Source of the DNA: a virus
Lineage: Duplodnaviria > Caudoviricetes
DNA length: 29,877 nt
Reading direction: 5' to 3' (one strand)
IMG/VR virus record: IMGVR_UViG_3300025392_000653
Location: 1-29,877 of that record
Part shown: positions 8,801 to 16,497 of the stretch, piece by piece
How the letters are laid out: each line of letters begins with the position of its first letter
Position numbering within the stretch: position 1 is the stretch's first letter
Position numbers and translations under genes: made by a program
Notes under the pieces: model-generated
Told to the model about the DNA's origin: nothing
The model's input: the letters and a program-made list of their open reading frames with translations, nothing else
The model's database searches: none

Positions 8801-8915
8801 AAACTTGCCCGTTGGCTGGGGGATCGGAAACACCCGTCCCACCACCAGAACTTTGCAATATCCCCGCAGAGTTCAAATTATCCGCAAGATTTGAAAGATT
8901 GCGATTCTGGGTCAT
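5865..8915 (-). CDS. Long collagen-like fibre protein (1016 aa)
   Basis: About 50 Gly-X-Y triplets (GPT-rich), repeated GGTG motifs, G/S/T-rich beta repeats, internal duplications, C-terminal YTVATLP...[11 protein letters not shown] fibre-type domain; AAGGA RBS. Confidence 0.85.
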   Translation of the reverse strand: MTQNRNLSNLADNLNSAGILQSSGGGTGVSDPPANGQVLIGNGFGFQLSTITSGSNISIANAPGSITISATVSTGPTGPTGPTGSASTVAGPTGPTGAQGNVGVTGPTGATGAQGITGPTGPTGQMGNVGATGPTGPTGNTGQTGPTGPTGANGITGPTGPTGAQGNTGPTGPTGAQGNVGPTGPTGAQGNTGPTGPTGTQGNTGPTGPTGTQGSTGPTGPTGTQGNTGPTGPTGTQGPTVYPATGIANSTGSGWGTSYTTTGTGTVVALASSPTLVTPALGTPSSAVLTNATGLPLTTGVTGTLGVANGGTGVTSSTGVNSVVLRDANGNITANLVYDGFQSIAASGSTVILTAASGAQYLVTGSGGQTIKLPDATTLSNGVSYSFNNNQSSGTIVVQNASGTTITTVQSGGFATVILLANSIAAGSWDTHYSAPSSVSWSTNTFNLGSAAITSATWNGTAIGVAYGGTGVTTTPANGALLIGNGSGYTSATLTAGSNITIANSAGGITISSTGGSSTLTVGTTATSGGAAGQIMFDTGSVLSESSSHTFNSTTRLFTNAGPVTFSAGTSNSYPVWGTNGINLIQSAATFTDTTALGSVLANAYMNYFAPQTYAAVNTSTINNFYGSYFSAPVAGTNVSATNTYAIGADSAIINGAFFVSSGTSSLLQLTNANGTLNFNSGVTLNATSTALNIGNTTSVPITIGNTSSGAMNINFGGAFTLSGGNTRTITIGGTGQTATTTIVPSTATNILSLSGGATTSGNTKTVNIGTAGLSGSTTTIAIGSNVSGALSTVTIYGQHVMNPVGASVAAWGTNGVGLVQSAATFTDNSTAASGTVPTAYMNVFGAQTYAATNTGVTVSSLYGTYFINPIAGANVTASAKFALGADSFFSSSIQTSTANIATTTTTHTDGYSAGATTSGNTKTVNIGVNGLSGSTTVIAIGATAGTSTTTLNGSSVFTGTFQSQGYTVATLPTAGTVGRRAHVTDALAPTFLGTLTGGGTIKCPVFDNGTAWVAG
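8198..8694 (-). repeat. Collagen-coding tandem repeat with a 36-nt higher-order unit ([12 protein letters not shown])
   Basis: Near-identical units such as CCTTGCGTCCCCGTGGGACCGGT repeated every 36 nt at about 8205-8350. Confidence 0.95.
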
Positions 8916-8989
8916 ATCAATTCCTTGAATTTACTATGGCTTGGGCTGAAAAACCCGTTTCAGCAATCATTTTAATAAAATTTTTTCCA

Positions 8990-11590
8990 TTATCTTTGAT
9001 CTCCTTCAACACCCACTCCGGGCTTACCGAAGGCTGTTGTCCCCGTATTAGGTGTAACCATGATGGTAAGTCGATCAGATGTGTTTACAGTGACAGTATG
9101 AACGGTGTCAGAGCAAGTCGTGCTTGAAGCAGGAATTGTGCAAGTTAGCAATGTGCTTGATGGCGCTGCCCCGCCAGTCCCTTGGCGAACCGTAAAAGTG
9201 ACAGAACCGCCTGTAGGGGCTAAGTTTACGTAAGCATAAAGATTCCTAAGCGTCATGTTATAAGGGGCAATCTGTATCAAATTTGTCTCTGCCGTAACAG
9301 CAGACGCCAGTGCCCCAGACAAAGGCATAAAATAATTTGTCCCAGCAGAAGAACCAATAGTGTTATTGGTAGAGAGGAATGCGGTTTTTACTGTAACCGA
9401 GCTAAAAGCTGACGTTAGCTGCGCATTATTGACAGGAGATTCAACTTGAACAGCCCCATAACTAGCATAACCAGTTGATGGCCAAAGAGCAGAAACATAG
9501 TCAATCGTCCCAGCGCCGGGATTGTTTGCTCCCAAAGAAGATGAAGCAATTTGAGACGGAACAATGATTGGAGGAACTTGAGATGCGGCAGGTGCCGTAG
9601 TGAAAAGATTGCCGAGGATTGGGTCGCCGGTTGGAGCGTTAGGATCATACCCGGACGTATTCGTAACCGTTGAAGATACCCAGTTTGCAAGAGTAGTGAC
9701 ATAATAGTTTACATAGCTTGTGCCGACAGTGCCATCGACCGCGAATGGATAGCCGGTACTAATTGTGCCGGCCAAATAATAAAAATTGTTTGTAAAAGTT
9801 GCAGTGTTCCTGCCCCCAGCAGTCGTTAAACAAGAAGATGAGCAAGAGTTGTAATACGACAAGAAGCGATATGCCGTACTGCTTGGATAGTTTGCGAATA
9901 TGTTGCCATCAAATGTAATATTGGTGGCATATGGATAGTTTGCTTGAGGAATATCGGAAGCCTGCTCAAGTTTTGTGAAAAAACCAGTAGTCGCAACATA
10001 CAGATTCAAAAAAGTGTTATGTTTAACAACCGTCCCAGTTGAGCCTTTAATCAAAAGATTTTCCTGTGGGGCTGCCCCACTGGCAATAAATACGTTGTCA
10101 AGCCAAACGTCATTCGTGGCACCTTTACTTACCGCGCCGAAGTTTGCGCCATTTACATAATTTCCTTGGATAAGGCATCCGGATTCATATCCGCAAAAAG
10201 GGCCGCCCTCAATGCCGATACTTCCAGAATTACCATTCGGCCCAACAATGCTTTTAACACCCTGCACTTTCGCAGAAAGCAAAAAATTTGGTACGCCGGG
10301 GATTAAGGTTCCCGAAGAAAGTGACTGAGATACGCTCATCTGGTAAGTGCCCGCCCCACCGGGAGTACCACTAATTTGAGAAACAATCGTCTCGGTGGTT
10401 CCCGTCCAATTAGGGCCACCAACAATAGTCACACCGGGGACGAGCCTGAATGTGGGGCCAACAATTGCCGAAACCGTCATGGTGGTACCCGATTGGCTTG
10501 CTGTTATGGTGCTTGTTCCATTAAGGCCCATCTGCGGCCAACCTTCAAAGCCCATGCGCGCACCGCCATCGCCATTCGGGCAGTTTACAACAGAAGTGTA
10601 GCCTTGCTCCACTGCGCTGGCAGTCATAACTGGGTTTACCAAATCTGTGTCAACGCTAACCGGGCGGCATGACACATTAACATCACTCGCATTTTCAGTA
10701 ATTATGCTTGAGCTACCTACGCCATTTGGGTAAGGCCCGCCAATCGTAACCAATCCAACATTTTCAATAAGAATATCTTTAACAGTTATAGCCGTGGTTT
10801 CTGTTGGCCACGTCGATGTAATGTTGAAATTTGTCAAAGAAAAGCTGGTCGAGGAACTGGTCGCCCCCGAACCATTGGCGTCAACATAAAAAGTTGATCC
10901 AAAAATATTGCCTTGATAAGTTGGGGCAAGGTTGGTCGTCAAATTTGTGACGTTAATTTTCCCAGAGGACAAACTACTAATAAAAAAACCAAAACCATTC
11001 CCAGAAAGGGAAATTGTATCCGCATTTAAATTCAAAGAACCATTGGAGGCAGTGGCAGTAAAAAACGAAGAAGTGCCAAGATTGGCAGTAATGTTTTTCA
11101 AATTTATTGAAACACCACTAGTCCCTAAATACAATGCAGGAGTTGTTGTTCCCGTAGTTTGCAATTTAATATTTGATAAATTTACGGAGCCAGTACTAAT
11201 ATTAAAAGAAATCAAATCCGGCAAATTGGAATTTGTAGAAATTGTTGCATCAGAAGTAACGCCCTGAACCGTAACCGGCAGGGAAATAATAAGGCTTGAA
11301 TTTAGAGAAAAAGTGCCGTTGATGTTAATTGTTGAATTGACGGGTGCCAGCGACAAAGCTCGCGTAATTGTAAGGCATGGGCTAGAAGCCGTGCAGTTAT
11401 TGGCATCGTTACCAACAGGAAAGCCATTAGATGCTGCGTTGCTAACATAAAGCTGAATATTTGGAGCGCTATTGTTTGCTTTATTCAGGGCGGTAACAGC
11501 AATCCCAAGTGCAGTCGTTGAGCTACTCGCAAAGACGGGCTCAGCAATAAGCAGGGACAGGATGGACGCGATTAAAAATCTAAAAATCAT
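8990..11590 (-). CDS. Signal-peptide-bearing, probable right-handed beta-helix protein (866 aa)
   Basis: MIFRFLIASILSLLIAEPVFA/S signal peptide; LYVS...GNDANNCTASSPCLTITRAL is a typical beta-helix N-cap; Asn-ladder repeats (IQGNYV, WLDNVF, VKHNTF, FDGNIF, FTNNFY); C-terminal beta-sandwich. Confidence 0.75.
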   Translation of the reverse strand: MIFRFLIASILSLLIAEPVFASSSTTALGIAVTALNKANNSAPNIQLYVSNAASNGFPVGNDANNCTASSPCLTITRALSLAPVNSTININGTFSLNSSLIISLPVTVQGVTSDATISTNSNLPDLISFNISTGSVNLSNIKLQTTGTTTPALYLGTSGVSINLKNITANLGTSSFFTATASNGSLNLNADTISLSGNGFGFFISSLSSGKINVTNLTTNLAPTYQGNIFGSTFYVDANGSGATSSSTSFSLTNFNITSTWPTETTAITVKDILIENVGLVTIGGPYPNGVGSSSIITENASDVNVSCRPVSVDTDLVNPVMTASAVEQGYTSVVNCPNGDGGARMGFEGWPQMGLNGTSTITASQSGTTMTVSAIVGPTFRLVPGVTIVGGPNWTGTTETIVSQISGTPGGAGTYQMSVSQSLSSGTLIPGVPNFLLSAKVQGVKSIVGPNGNSGSIGIEGGPFCGYESGCLIQGNYVNGANFGAVSKGATNDVWLDNVFIASGAAPQENLLIKGSTGTVVKHNTFLNLYVATTGFFTKLEQASDIPQANYPYATNITFDGNIFANYPSSTAYRFLSYYNSCSSSCLTTAGGRNTATFTNNFYYLAGTISTGYPFAVDGTVGTSYVNYYVTTLANWVSSTVTNTSGYDPNAPTGDPILGNLFTTAPAASQVPPIIVPSQIASSSLGANNPGAGTIDYVSALWPSTGYASYGAVQVESPVNNAQLTSAFSSVTVKTAFLSTNNTIGSSAGTNYFMPLSGALASAVTAETNLIQIAPYNMTLRNLYAYVNLAPTGGSVTFTVRQGTGGAAPSSTLLTCTIPASSTTCSDTVHTVTVNTSDRLTIMVTPNTGTTAFGKPGVGVEGDQR

Positions 11591-11977
11591 TTACTGTCCC
11601 CCGGTAATAAAGCACGTTCCATCCGTGAAATTTGCTTGCACGTATTGATACCCGCTAATTGTATATGTACCGATTGCAGAAATTGTGGCCGTCGTGGTGT
11701 AAAAAGTTCCACTATTAAAAACAGCAGCCTGCGTAATATAATCAGAACCGTTATCGGGACTTACCAAAATGGCACCGCCGCTGGGCGCAACAGTGCATGT
11801 AAACGTAATCGATCCAAATGTCCGGCCATCAAAGATTGTTCCTGCTGTATAAATAATTGGAGTTGACGTCAGTGGAGTTGCAGTGACGTTTCCGGAAATG
11901 ACTTTTACGGGTTGAACTTGTTGCGCCCATGCCGAAGTTGAAATTGCAGCAAGTGCAATAAATGAAAGTTTTTTCAT
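11591..11977 (-). CDS. Small secreted beta-sandwich protein (128 aa)
   Basis: MKKLSFIALAAISTSAWA/QQ is a textbook Sec signal with an AxA site; AAGGGA RBS. Confidence 0.8.
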   Translation of the reverse strand: MKKLSFIALAAISTSAWAQQVQPVKVISGNVTATPLTSTPIIYTAGTIFDGRTFGSITFTCTVAPSGGAILVSPDNGSDYITQAAVFNSGTFYTTTATISAIGTYTISGYQYVQANFTDGTCFITGGQ

Positions 11978-11987
11978 AATTTTCCCT

Positions 11988-12320
11988 TTATTGATTTGCC
12001 ATGATCGTCAAAACTGGCGTTGATGACGTCCCGACATGATTGGGAGTAATGTATCCTCTAGCCTTAATATAATACAACCCGTTTAAGGTTATGCCTGTCA
12101 GGACGTCGCCAGCATCGCTAAATACGCTAATAGCGTATGTAGTGCCTCCGCTTGCGAGGGAGCGAACAAACGAAATTCTGTCCCCGCCCGATAAGGAATC
12201 AACCTGCACTTGAATTTGCGCGTATGAAACCGCGTTAATTGGCGTGCCAAAAGAAACAGTTTGAGGCGTGAGTTCCGCCAGATACACTGGCAAGGGAGTA
12301 GGAATTGGATTGTAGCTCAT
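11988..12320 (-). CDS. Small beta-rich protein (110 aa), apparent signal-less paralogue of 11591-11977
   Basis: ATGA overlap at 12317-12320; collinear similarity to the neighbour judged by eye. Confidence 0.75.
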   Translation of the reverse strand: MSYNPIPTPLPVYLAELTPQTVSFGTPINAVSYAQIQVQVDSLSGGDRISFVRSLASGGTTYAISVFSDAGDVLTGITLNGLYYIKARGYITPNHVGTSSTPVLTIMANQ

Positions 12321-13375
12321 ACCACCCACCAGTTTGCGTTATTCGAAACAATAGTTATTGATGTGTACTGAGTGGACGTTGAAGCAGATGCTCCGCCATC
12401 AATTGTTTGTGAGCCAAAGGGCAAAATTGTAAGCGTTCCGGGAACGGAGAGTTTATACGTTAGCTGTGCAGAATTTCCAATTGCACTAGGAAGGCTAACC
12501 GTTACAGCCCCCCCCGTAACAATAACGTATTTATTGCCGGACGTAAGCGTTTCCGTGTACGATGAAGAAACTGCCGTTATAGTGTAGGCCCCGCCAGCCG
12601 TCCCCGTAGGGCCAGTGGGGCCGTTGACCCCTGCCGTTCCCGTGGGTCCAGTTGGGCCGCCCGGTGTTCCATTGGGACCGGTGGGGCCGGTGGGGCCATT
12701 AACGCCCGATGTTCCTGTAGGGCCGGTAGGGCCATTTATTCCCGTCGATCCCGTGGGACCAGTAGGCCCATTAAGGCCCGAGACGCCAGTAGGACCAGTG
12801 GGACCAGTGGGGCCGGTGTTGCCTTGCGCGCCCGTAGGTCCGGTAGGCCCGTTGATACCTGCAATTCCGGTAGGGCCAGTGGGTCCGTTGATTCCTGATG
12901 TTCCCGTGGGACCAGTGGGACCATTGATGCCCGCAACCCCGGTTGGTCCAGTCGGGCCACCCGGTGTTCCGCTAGGACCAGTAGGGCCGTTTCCGCCGGT
13001 GGGGCCGGTAGGGCCAGTGCTGCCACTAACTCCACCCAAAAAAGTAAAAGCATCAACAATGTCGCCACTGTTGCAACTTGTTGAAAGTGTGAATGTTGTA
13101 CCGTTATCAGCAATGTAGTCAGAGCTGGAAAGCAGAACGCCATTCACATAAATTTGAAGCAAACCAATTGTGTAATTCAAAAAAAATGTTTTTTGACCCG
13201 AGTTGGCAGTGAAACTCGTTCTAGAATAGGTTTGAGTCGCAGGTCCAGTGGGACCAGTTGGTCCTATCGGACCAATAACAGCAGCCAAAGACAGTTCAGG
13301 CGGTCTTTGATTTGCTGACCAATAAACCGTAGGTACAGCACCCGGACCACGCCAATAAAGTTGCAAGGTTGTCAT
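12317..13375 (-). CDS. Collagen-like fibre protein (352 aa)
   Basis: [10 protein letters not shown]...[12 protein letters not shown] virion domain, GPT collagen tract, C-terminal VTVSLP...QTIDG...NWWVV domain. Confidence 0.85.
   Translation of the reverse strand: MTTLQLYWRGPGAVPTVYWSANQRPPELSLAAVIGPIGPTGPTGPATQTYSRTSFTANSGQKTFFLNYTIGLLQIYVNGVLLSSSDYIADNGTTFTLSTSCNSGDIVDAFTFLGGVSGSTGPTGPTGGNGPTGPSGTPGGPTGPTGVAGINGPTGPTGTSGINGPTGPTGIAGINGPTGPTGAQGNTGPTGPTGPTGVSGLNGPTGPTGSTGINGPTGPTGTSGVNGPTGPTGPNGTPGGPTGPTGTAGVNGPTGPTGTAGGAYTITAVSSSYTETLTSGNKYVIVTGGAVTVSLPSAIGNSAQLTYKLSVPGTLTILPFGSQTIDGGASASTSTQYTSITIVSNNANWWVV
12592..13025 (-). repeat. Collagen-coding tandem repeat (GxxGxNGPTGPT units)
   Basis: Gly-X-Y tract seen directly, with two GTPGG interruptions. 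Confidence 0.93.
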
Positions 13376-13728
13376 GCTGCGGGTGTCACACTTGATGCAA
13401 TGTTGATAATTTGCGGACTTGTAACAGCGACCACAGAATTGCCAAAAAGAATTTCAGCGTCAGTAATATATGATCCGGGAGTAAGTGCAGCGCATGTTGC
13501 CGCGTCAATTACTCCTTCCCAGTAAGCAGGATTTCCATTTACAGAAGGGTAATAAGTAACTGTAAAAGTTGCAATTGGAGAAACTGTTACAGGAGGAGGT
13601 TGAAGATTATACGTCACTTTAAGTGACATATTAACCAATAAAAACGATGGATCATAAGAGCCGGGATCAGCAATGACCAAATCAATTATGATGGCTTCGC
13701 CACGCGGAAAACTGAATGGATTGCTCAT
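13372..13728 (-). CDS. Small virion adaptor-like protein (BppU N-terminal-like Ig fold)
   Basis: FPRGE.II.L ... [16 protein letters not shown] ... INIASSVT pattern; heads the fibre module. Confidence 0.55.
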   Translation of the reverse strand: MSNPFSFPRGEAIIIDLVIADPGSYDPSFLLVNMSLKVTYNLQPPPVTVSPIATFTVTYYPSVNGNPAYWEGVIDAATCAALTPGSYITDAEILFGNSVVAVTSPQIINIASSVTPAA

Positions 13729-14276
13729 CAATCTTCGCCTTCAATTAAGATTGCCCATTCATGCGCTTTCAACGCATAGGTTGATGCGTCCGTGCATCGT
13801 TGCAAGTCGTCGGCGGATACCAAGATGGAATCGGCGGGCATTGATGCAGGAAGGCCGGAACCGTCACTTTGGGGGCTGGCAGGGGCCGTGCTGGTTGGAT
13901 TTGCAACGGAGCTTGACTGCATGAACACAGCCCGATGATGAGCAATGTAAGAATCACTAGTCCGACGAGCAATCTCCATAGACCTGCCATATCCATCATC
14001 TATCTCCTGCGCCTTTGCCTTATATGCGGCCTTTTGTTGATTAAGAGCTTCCAGCGCCAAAACTTGCGCCTGCCGTTGCGCCGAGACGATGCGCGCATTA
14101 TCCGAGACAAGCCGGGCAATAGTGCGCCCGCGAACCTCGTATTCGTGGAGCAACATTCCAAACATGCAAGAAAGCGCCACACAGCCCGCTACAGCGGGAT
14201 TACGCACCGCGCACGCAAGGACACCACCAATCGTTGAGCGCGCCTTAATAATAGACCATAGCGCCCACAGCGGCAT
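13728..14276 (-). CDS. Inner-membrane spanin (Rz-like)
   Basis: N-terminal hydrophobic segment, Ala/Gln-rich coiled coil, C-terminal Cys; downstream of the endolysin; contains a nested lipoprotein ORF. Confidence 0.8.
   Translation of the reverse strand: MPLWALWSIIKARSTIGGVLACAVRNPAVAGCVALSCMFGMLLHEYEVRGRTIARLVSDNARIVSAQRQAQVLALEALNQQKAAYKAKAQEIDDGYGRSMEIARRTSDSYIAHHRAVFMQSSSVANPTSTAPASPQSDGSGLPASMPADSILVSADDLQRCTDASTYALKAHEWAILIEGED
13769..13999 (-). CDS. Outer-membrane spanin lipoprotein (Rz1-like), fully embedded
   Basis: Own AGGAG RBS, hydrophobic signal ending in lipobox LCSC, Pro-rich mature part with 2 further Cys; different frame inside the i-spanin gene. Confidence 0.85.
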   Translation of the reverse strand: MMDMAGLWRLLVGLVILTLLIIGLCSCSQAPLQIQPARPLPAPKVTVPAFLHQCPPIPSWYPPTTCNDARTHQPMR

Positions 14277-14482
14277 TACAGCACCCGACCAAAAACCAAG
14301 CCAACCAAGAATGTTGCCGCAAAAATAATGACGGTTCCAAAAGGATTTGAAATGCTTTCACGAATGGCTTCAATGTCGTCATTCAAAACGCCATAAAGCA
14401 CGTCCATTTCCGTAAACATTTCAAAACGCAATTTTTCAATTTCGTCGACTTCATCGCAACAAAAATCGTGCAGGTCAGCCAT
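14276..14482 (-). CDS. 68-aa acidic protein with a C-terminal TM helix (lysis accessory?)
   Basis: Start at MADLHD with GGAG RBS; hydrophobic tail FGTVIIFAATFLVGLVFG; TAATG coupling to the spanin. Confidence 0.65.
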   Translation of the reverse strand: MADLHDFCCDEVDEIEKLRFEMFTEMDVLYGVLNDDIEAIRESISNPFGTVIIFAATFLVGLVFGRVL

Positions 14483-14750
14483 TGTTTTTATCTCCACCTG
14501 CCTTGGGTTCGGTTGAGTTAGTACCCCACACAAGGCCGCCAATTGCAGCAACCACAAGCGGAGTATAAACTTGCAGTGCAGCCATAAAAGCTGCCCACGT
14601 ATCCACTTTTACAATATTCATGATTATCGTGGAAGCGGCAGTTATGGGAAGCCCAATCAACAAAACCACAGCAATTGCAAATCCAATCAACCTACCAATT
14701 GCAATTGTTTGATTGTCAGCGCCAGTCAAAGCCTGCTTTAGCCAATCCAT
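14475..14750 (-). CDS. Putative holin (2 TM helices)
   Basis: 91 aa with two hydrophobic segments and a hydrophilic C-tail, immediately after the endolysin. Confidence 0.65.
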   Translation of the reverse strand: MDWLKQALTGADNQTIAIGRLIGFAIAVVLLIGLPITAASTIIMNIVKVDTWAAFMAALQVYTPLVVAAIGGLVWGTNSTEPKAGGDKNNG

Positions 14751-15265
14751 GACAACGCCCTTTCTTTTATAACATCAATCCTTGCCAGCCAACCCTTACC
14801 AAAAACGGGAAATTTTGGCAAACCTTCATAAAATTTGCATCGAGCCTTTTGATAATCACCAATCAACGTCTTGATGCCAATGGCTCTGATAAAATTCTGC
14901 ACGGCCAAGATGGTTTGCGTTCCGGCATGACCATCAGCCGGGCAACCAACTATGTGCTGCAATTCCATAACCGCGCGACCGGGGCCGCCGTTTACAGCAA
15001 AATCAAAAACACAAAGTGCAATTGGTGTTGGGTATTTGTCGCAACTTGTAGATTGCCAGAATTGTGCGCGGTAGAAGGAAGCAACTTTAACATAAGACAA
15101 TGCCTTCATGTCATCAATTGAAACGGCATGGCCCACCCACGCCTCCCAATTGTGTTTTGTAACCCCAAGATTCGTTATACCGCCCGAATCTTTTGGGTTG
15201 TTTGAAAAACCCCCTTCTTGCTCAAAAAGAACCGCAAGGCAGTCGGAAAATGGATCAGATGCCAC
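14738..15265 (-). CDS. Endolysin, glycoside hydrolase family 108 with a C-terminal peptidoglycan-binding domain
   Basis: EGGFSNNPKDSGGITNLGVT catalytic motif, VFDFAVNGG, FGKGWLAR; AAGGA RBS with GTG start. Confidence 0.93.
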   Translation of the reverse strand: MASDPFSDCLAVLFEQEGGFSNNPKDSGGITNLGVTKHNWEAWVGHAVSIDDMKALSYVKVASFYRAQFWQSTSCDKYPTPIALCVFDFAVNGGPGRAVMELQHIVGCPADGHAGTQTILAVQNFIRAIGIKTLIGDYQKARCKFYEGLPKFPVFGKGWLARIDVIKERALSWIG

Positions 15266-15294
15266 GGTTCAATCCTTTGCAATAATTGAATCAA

Positions 15295-15651
15295 TCAATG
15301 ACCAATTGTAAATGTAAAACCGTGAAAAAAATACCCAACAAAACTTGAAATTGCCGCAATCGCGCTAAAAACAAGTGCAATTCCAGAAGCCAAACTTGAA
15401 CGATTAATTTTTTTTTGCTTTTCAGCGCCGACTTCATGGCTATCTTGAATTTTCATGGCAACAATATCTTGATGTAGATTGTTAAAGAGCATTTTAATCT
15501 CCTTAAAACCTTCATCTACCTTGATCTCAAAACGATCCATGCGGTCGTTCAAGGTGTCCTCCACGCGCTTAATGCTTTCCTGAGACGCTTTTGCCATTGC
15601 TTGGGCTTTACCAATTTCAATGCCAAGTTCTGCGTGCGAGGGAGTCACCAT
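15295..15651 (-). CDS. Coiled-coil protein with a C-terminal TM helix (holin/antiholin-like)
   Basis: Start MVTPSH; heptad region followed by LASGIALVFSAIAAISSFVGYFF; directly upstream of the endolysin. Confidence 0.65.
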   Translation of the reverse strand: MVTPSHAELGIEIGKAQAMAKASQESIKRVEDTLNDRMDRFEIKVDEGFKEIKMLFNNLHQDIVAMKIQDSHEVGAEKQKKINRSSLASGIALVFSAIAAISSFVGYFFHGFTFTIGH

Positions 15652-15658
15652 GACAGAT

Positions 15659-15949
15659 TTAGCCGTAATAAGAAACGAGCAATGTGGAACCGCTCGCGTT
15701 GGTGGAGATGAATTGGATAACCGACAAATCCCCAGAGAAACCCATAGGCTCCAAGCCAGTCGGAACAATCATGCCGACAGATGCTGTTGGTGCGGTATTA
15801 TCATCGCGCCAGCTAACAGAATTGGTCACAGCCTGAATTAGCGCGTACTTGGACGTTGCAGGAACGGTAAGTTTCTGCGCCGCAGCGTTGGTTAGCGTAA
15901 TGGCTTGAAATCCAAGTGGCGCAAACTGACCGGGAAAAAGGTTAGACAT
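15659..15949 (-). CDS. Small beta-sandwich phage protein (96 aa), probable virion decoration
   Basis: GFQAIT...LTVP...ALIQ...VSWRDDNTAPTASVG...LLVSYY motif; GAGGG RBS. Confidence 0.7.
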   Translation of the reverse strand: MSNLFPGQFAPLGFQAITLTNAAAQKLTVPATSKYALIQAVTNSVSWRDDNTAPTASVGMIVPTGLEPMGFSGDLSVIQFISTNASGSTLLVSYYG

Positions 15950-15958
15950 AAAAAACCC

Positions 15959-16495
15959 TCAATTGAAGTTGATAGCTTGAATGCTTTCAACGGTCGAAGC
16001 TGATTGAACCAATGCAATTTTATCCAAAAGATCGCCGTAAGTTGGATGCTTTACAGCCAAAATTGCGGCTTTTAGGTTTTGCAAATCTTCAAATGAAAAC
16101 GGCGAAACAACAAACCCATTGGAGTCAATCCAAATGTTGTGCTTCCAAGCTGATTCACCGGCATCAATAACGGTCGAGATGTTTTGAAGGCTATCGTTAT
16201 CAATTAAAAATGAAGATTCAAAACCAGCTTCGGTTGTGAAGTTAACCGGAGCATTGCAAAGCGTTTTGTAAGATGATTTCAAAAATGCAATTTGACTTTT
16301 CTTTATCTGGTCAATGCTAGGAGTCGCATTGTCAAAGATTTGAATTTTTCCATCAACAAATTGTGCGTACTGATTGGGCGCACAATTCATTGCGGCCCGA
16401 AATTCGCTATCTTGAACTTCAACCAGATCATCTGGATAGGTTGGGTAAACAACATCATCTGGATAGAAGCAGCCAGTTGAAGGTGAAAACTTCAT
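15959..16495 (-). CDS. Tail fibre assembly chaperone (Tfa-like N-terminus, DUF4376-like C-terminus)
   Basis: MKFSPSTGCFY...PDDLVEV N-terminus; WIDSNG...SFEDLQNL...ASTVESIQAINF C-terminus; follows the tail fibre gene. Confidence 0.8.
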   Translation of the reverse strand: MKFSPSTGCFYPDDVVYPTYPDDLVEVQDSEFRAAMNCAPNQYAQFVDGKIQIFDNATPSIDQIKKSQIAFLKSSYKTLCNAPVNFTTEAGFESSFLIDNDSLQNISTVIDAGESAWKHNIWIDSNGFVVSPFSFEDLQNLKAAILAVKHPTYGDLLDKIALVQSASTVESIQAINFN

Positions 16496-16497
16496 AA

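Noticed and set aside
8945-8964. GCTGAAA/TTTCAGC hairpin between the 866-aa and 1016-aa genes as a terminator
   Set aside because: No U-tract follows on the coding (-) strand; it may be a processing or stability hairpin but cannot be called
8072-13143. Pro/Val/Gly-rich ORFs on the + strand and in alternative frames (e.g. 8224-8577, 12615-13118)
   Set aside because: Shadow ORFs of the collagen repeats, which lack stop codons in other frames
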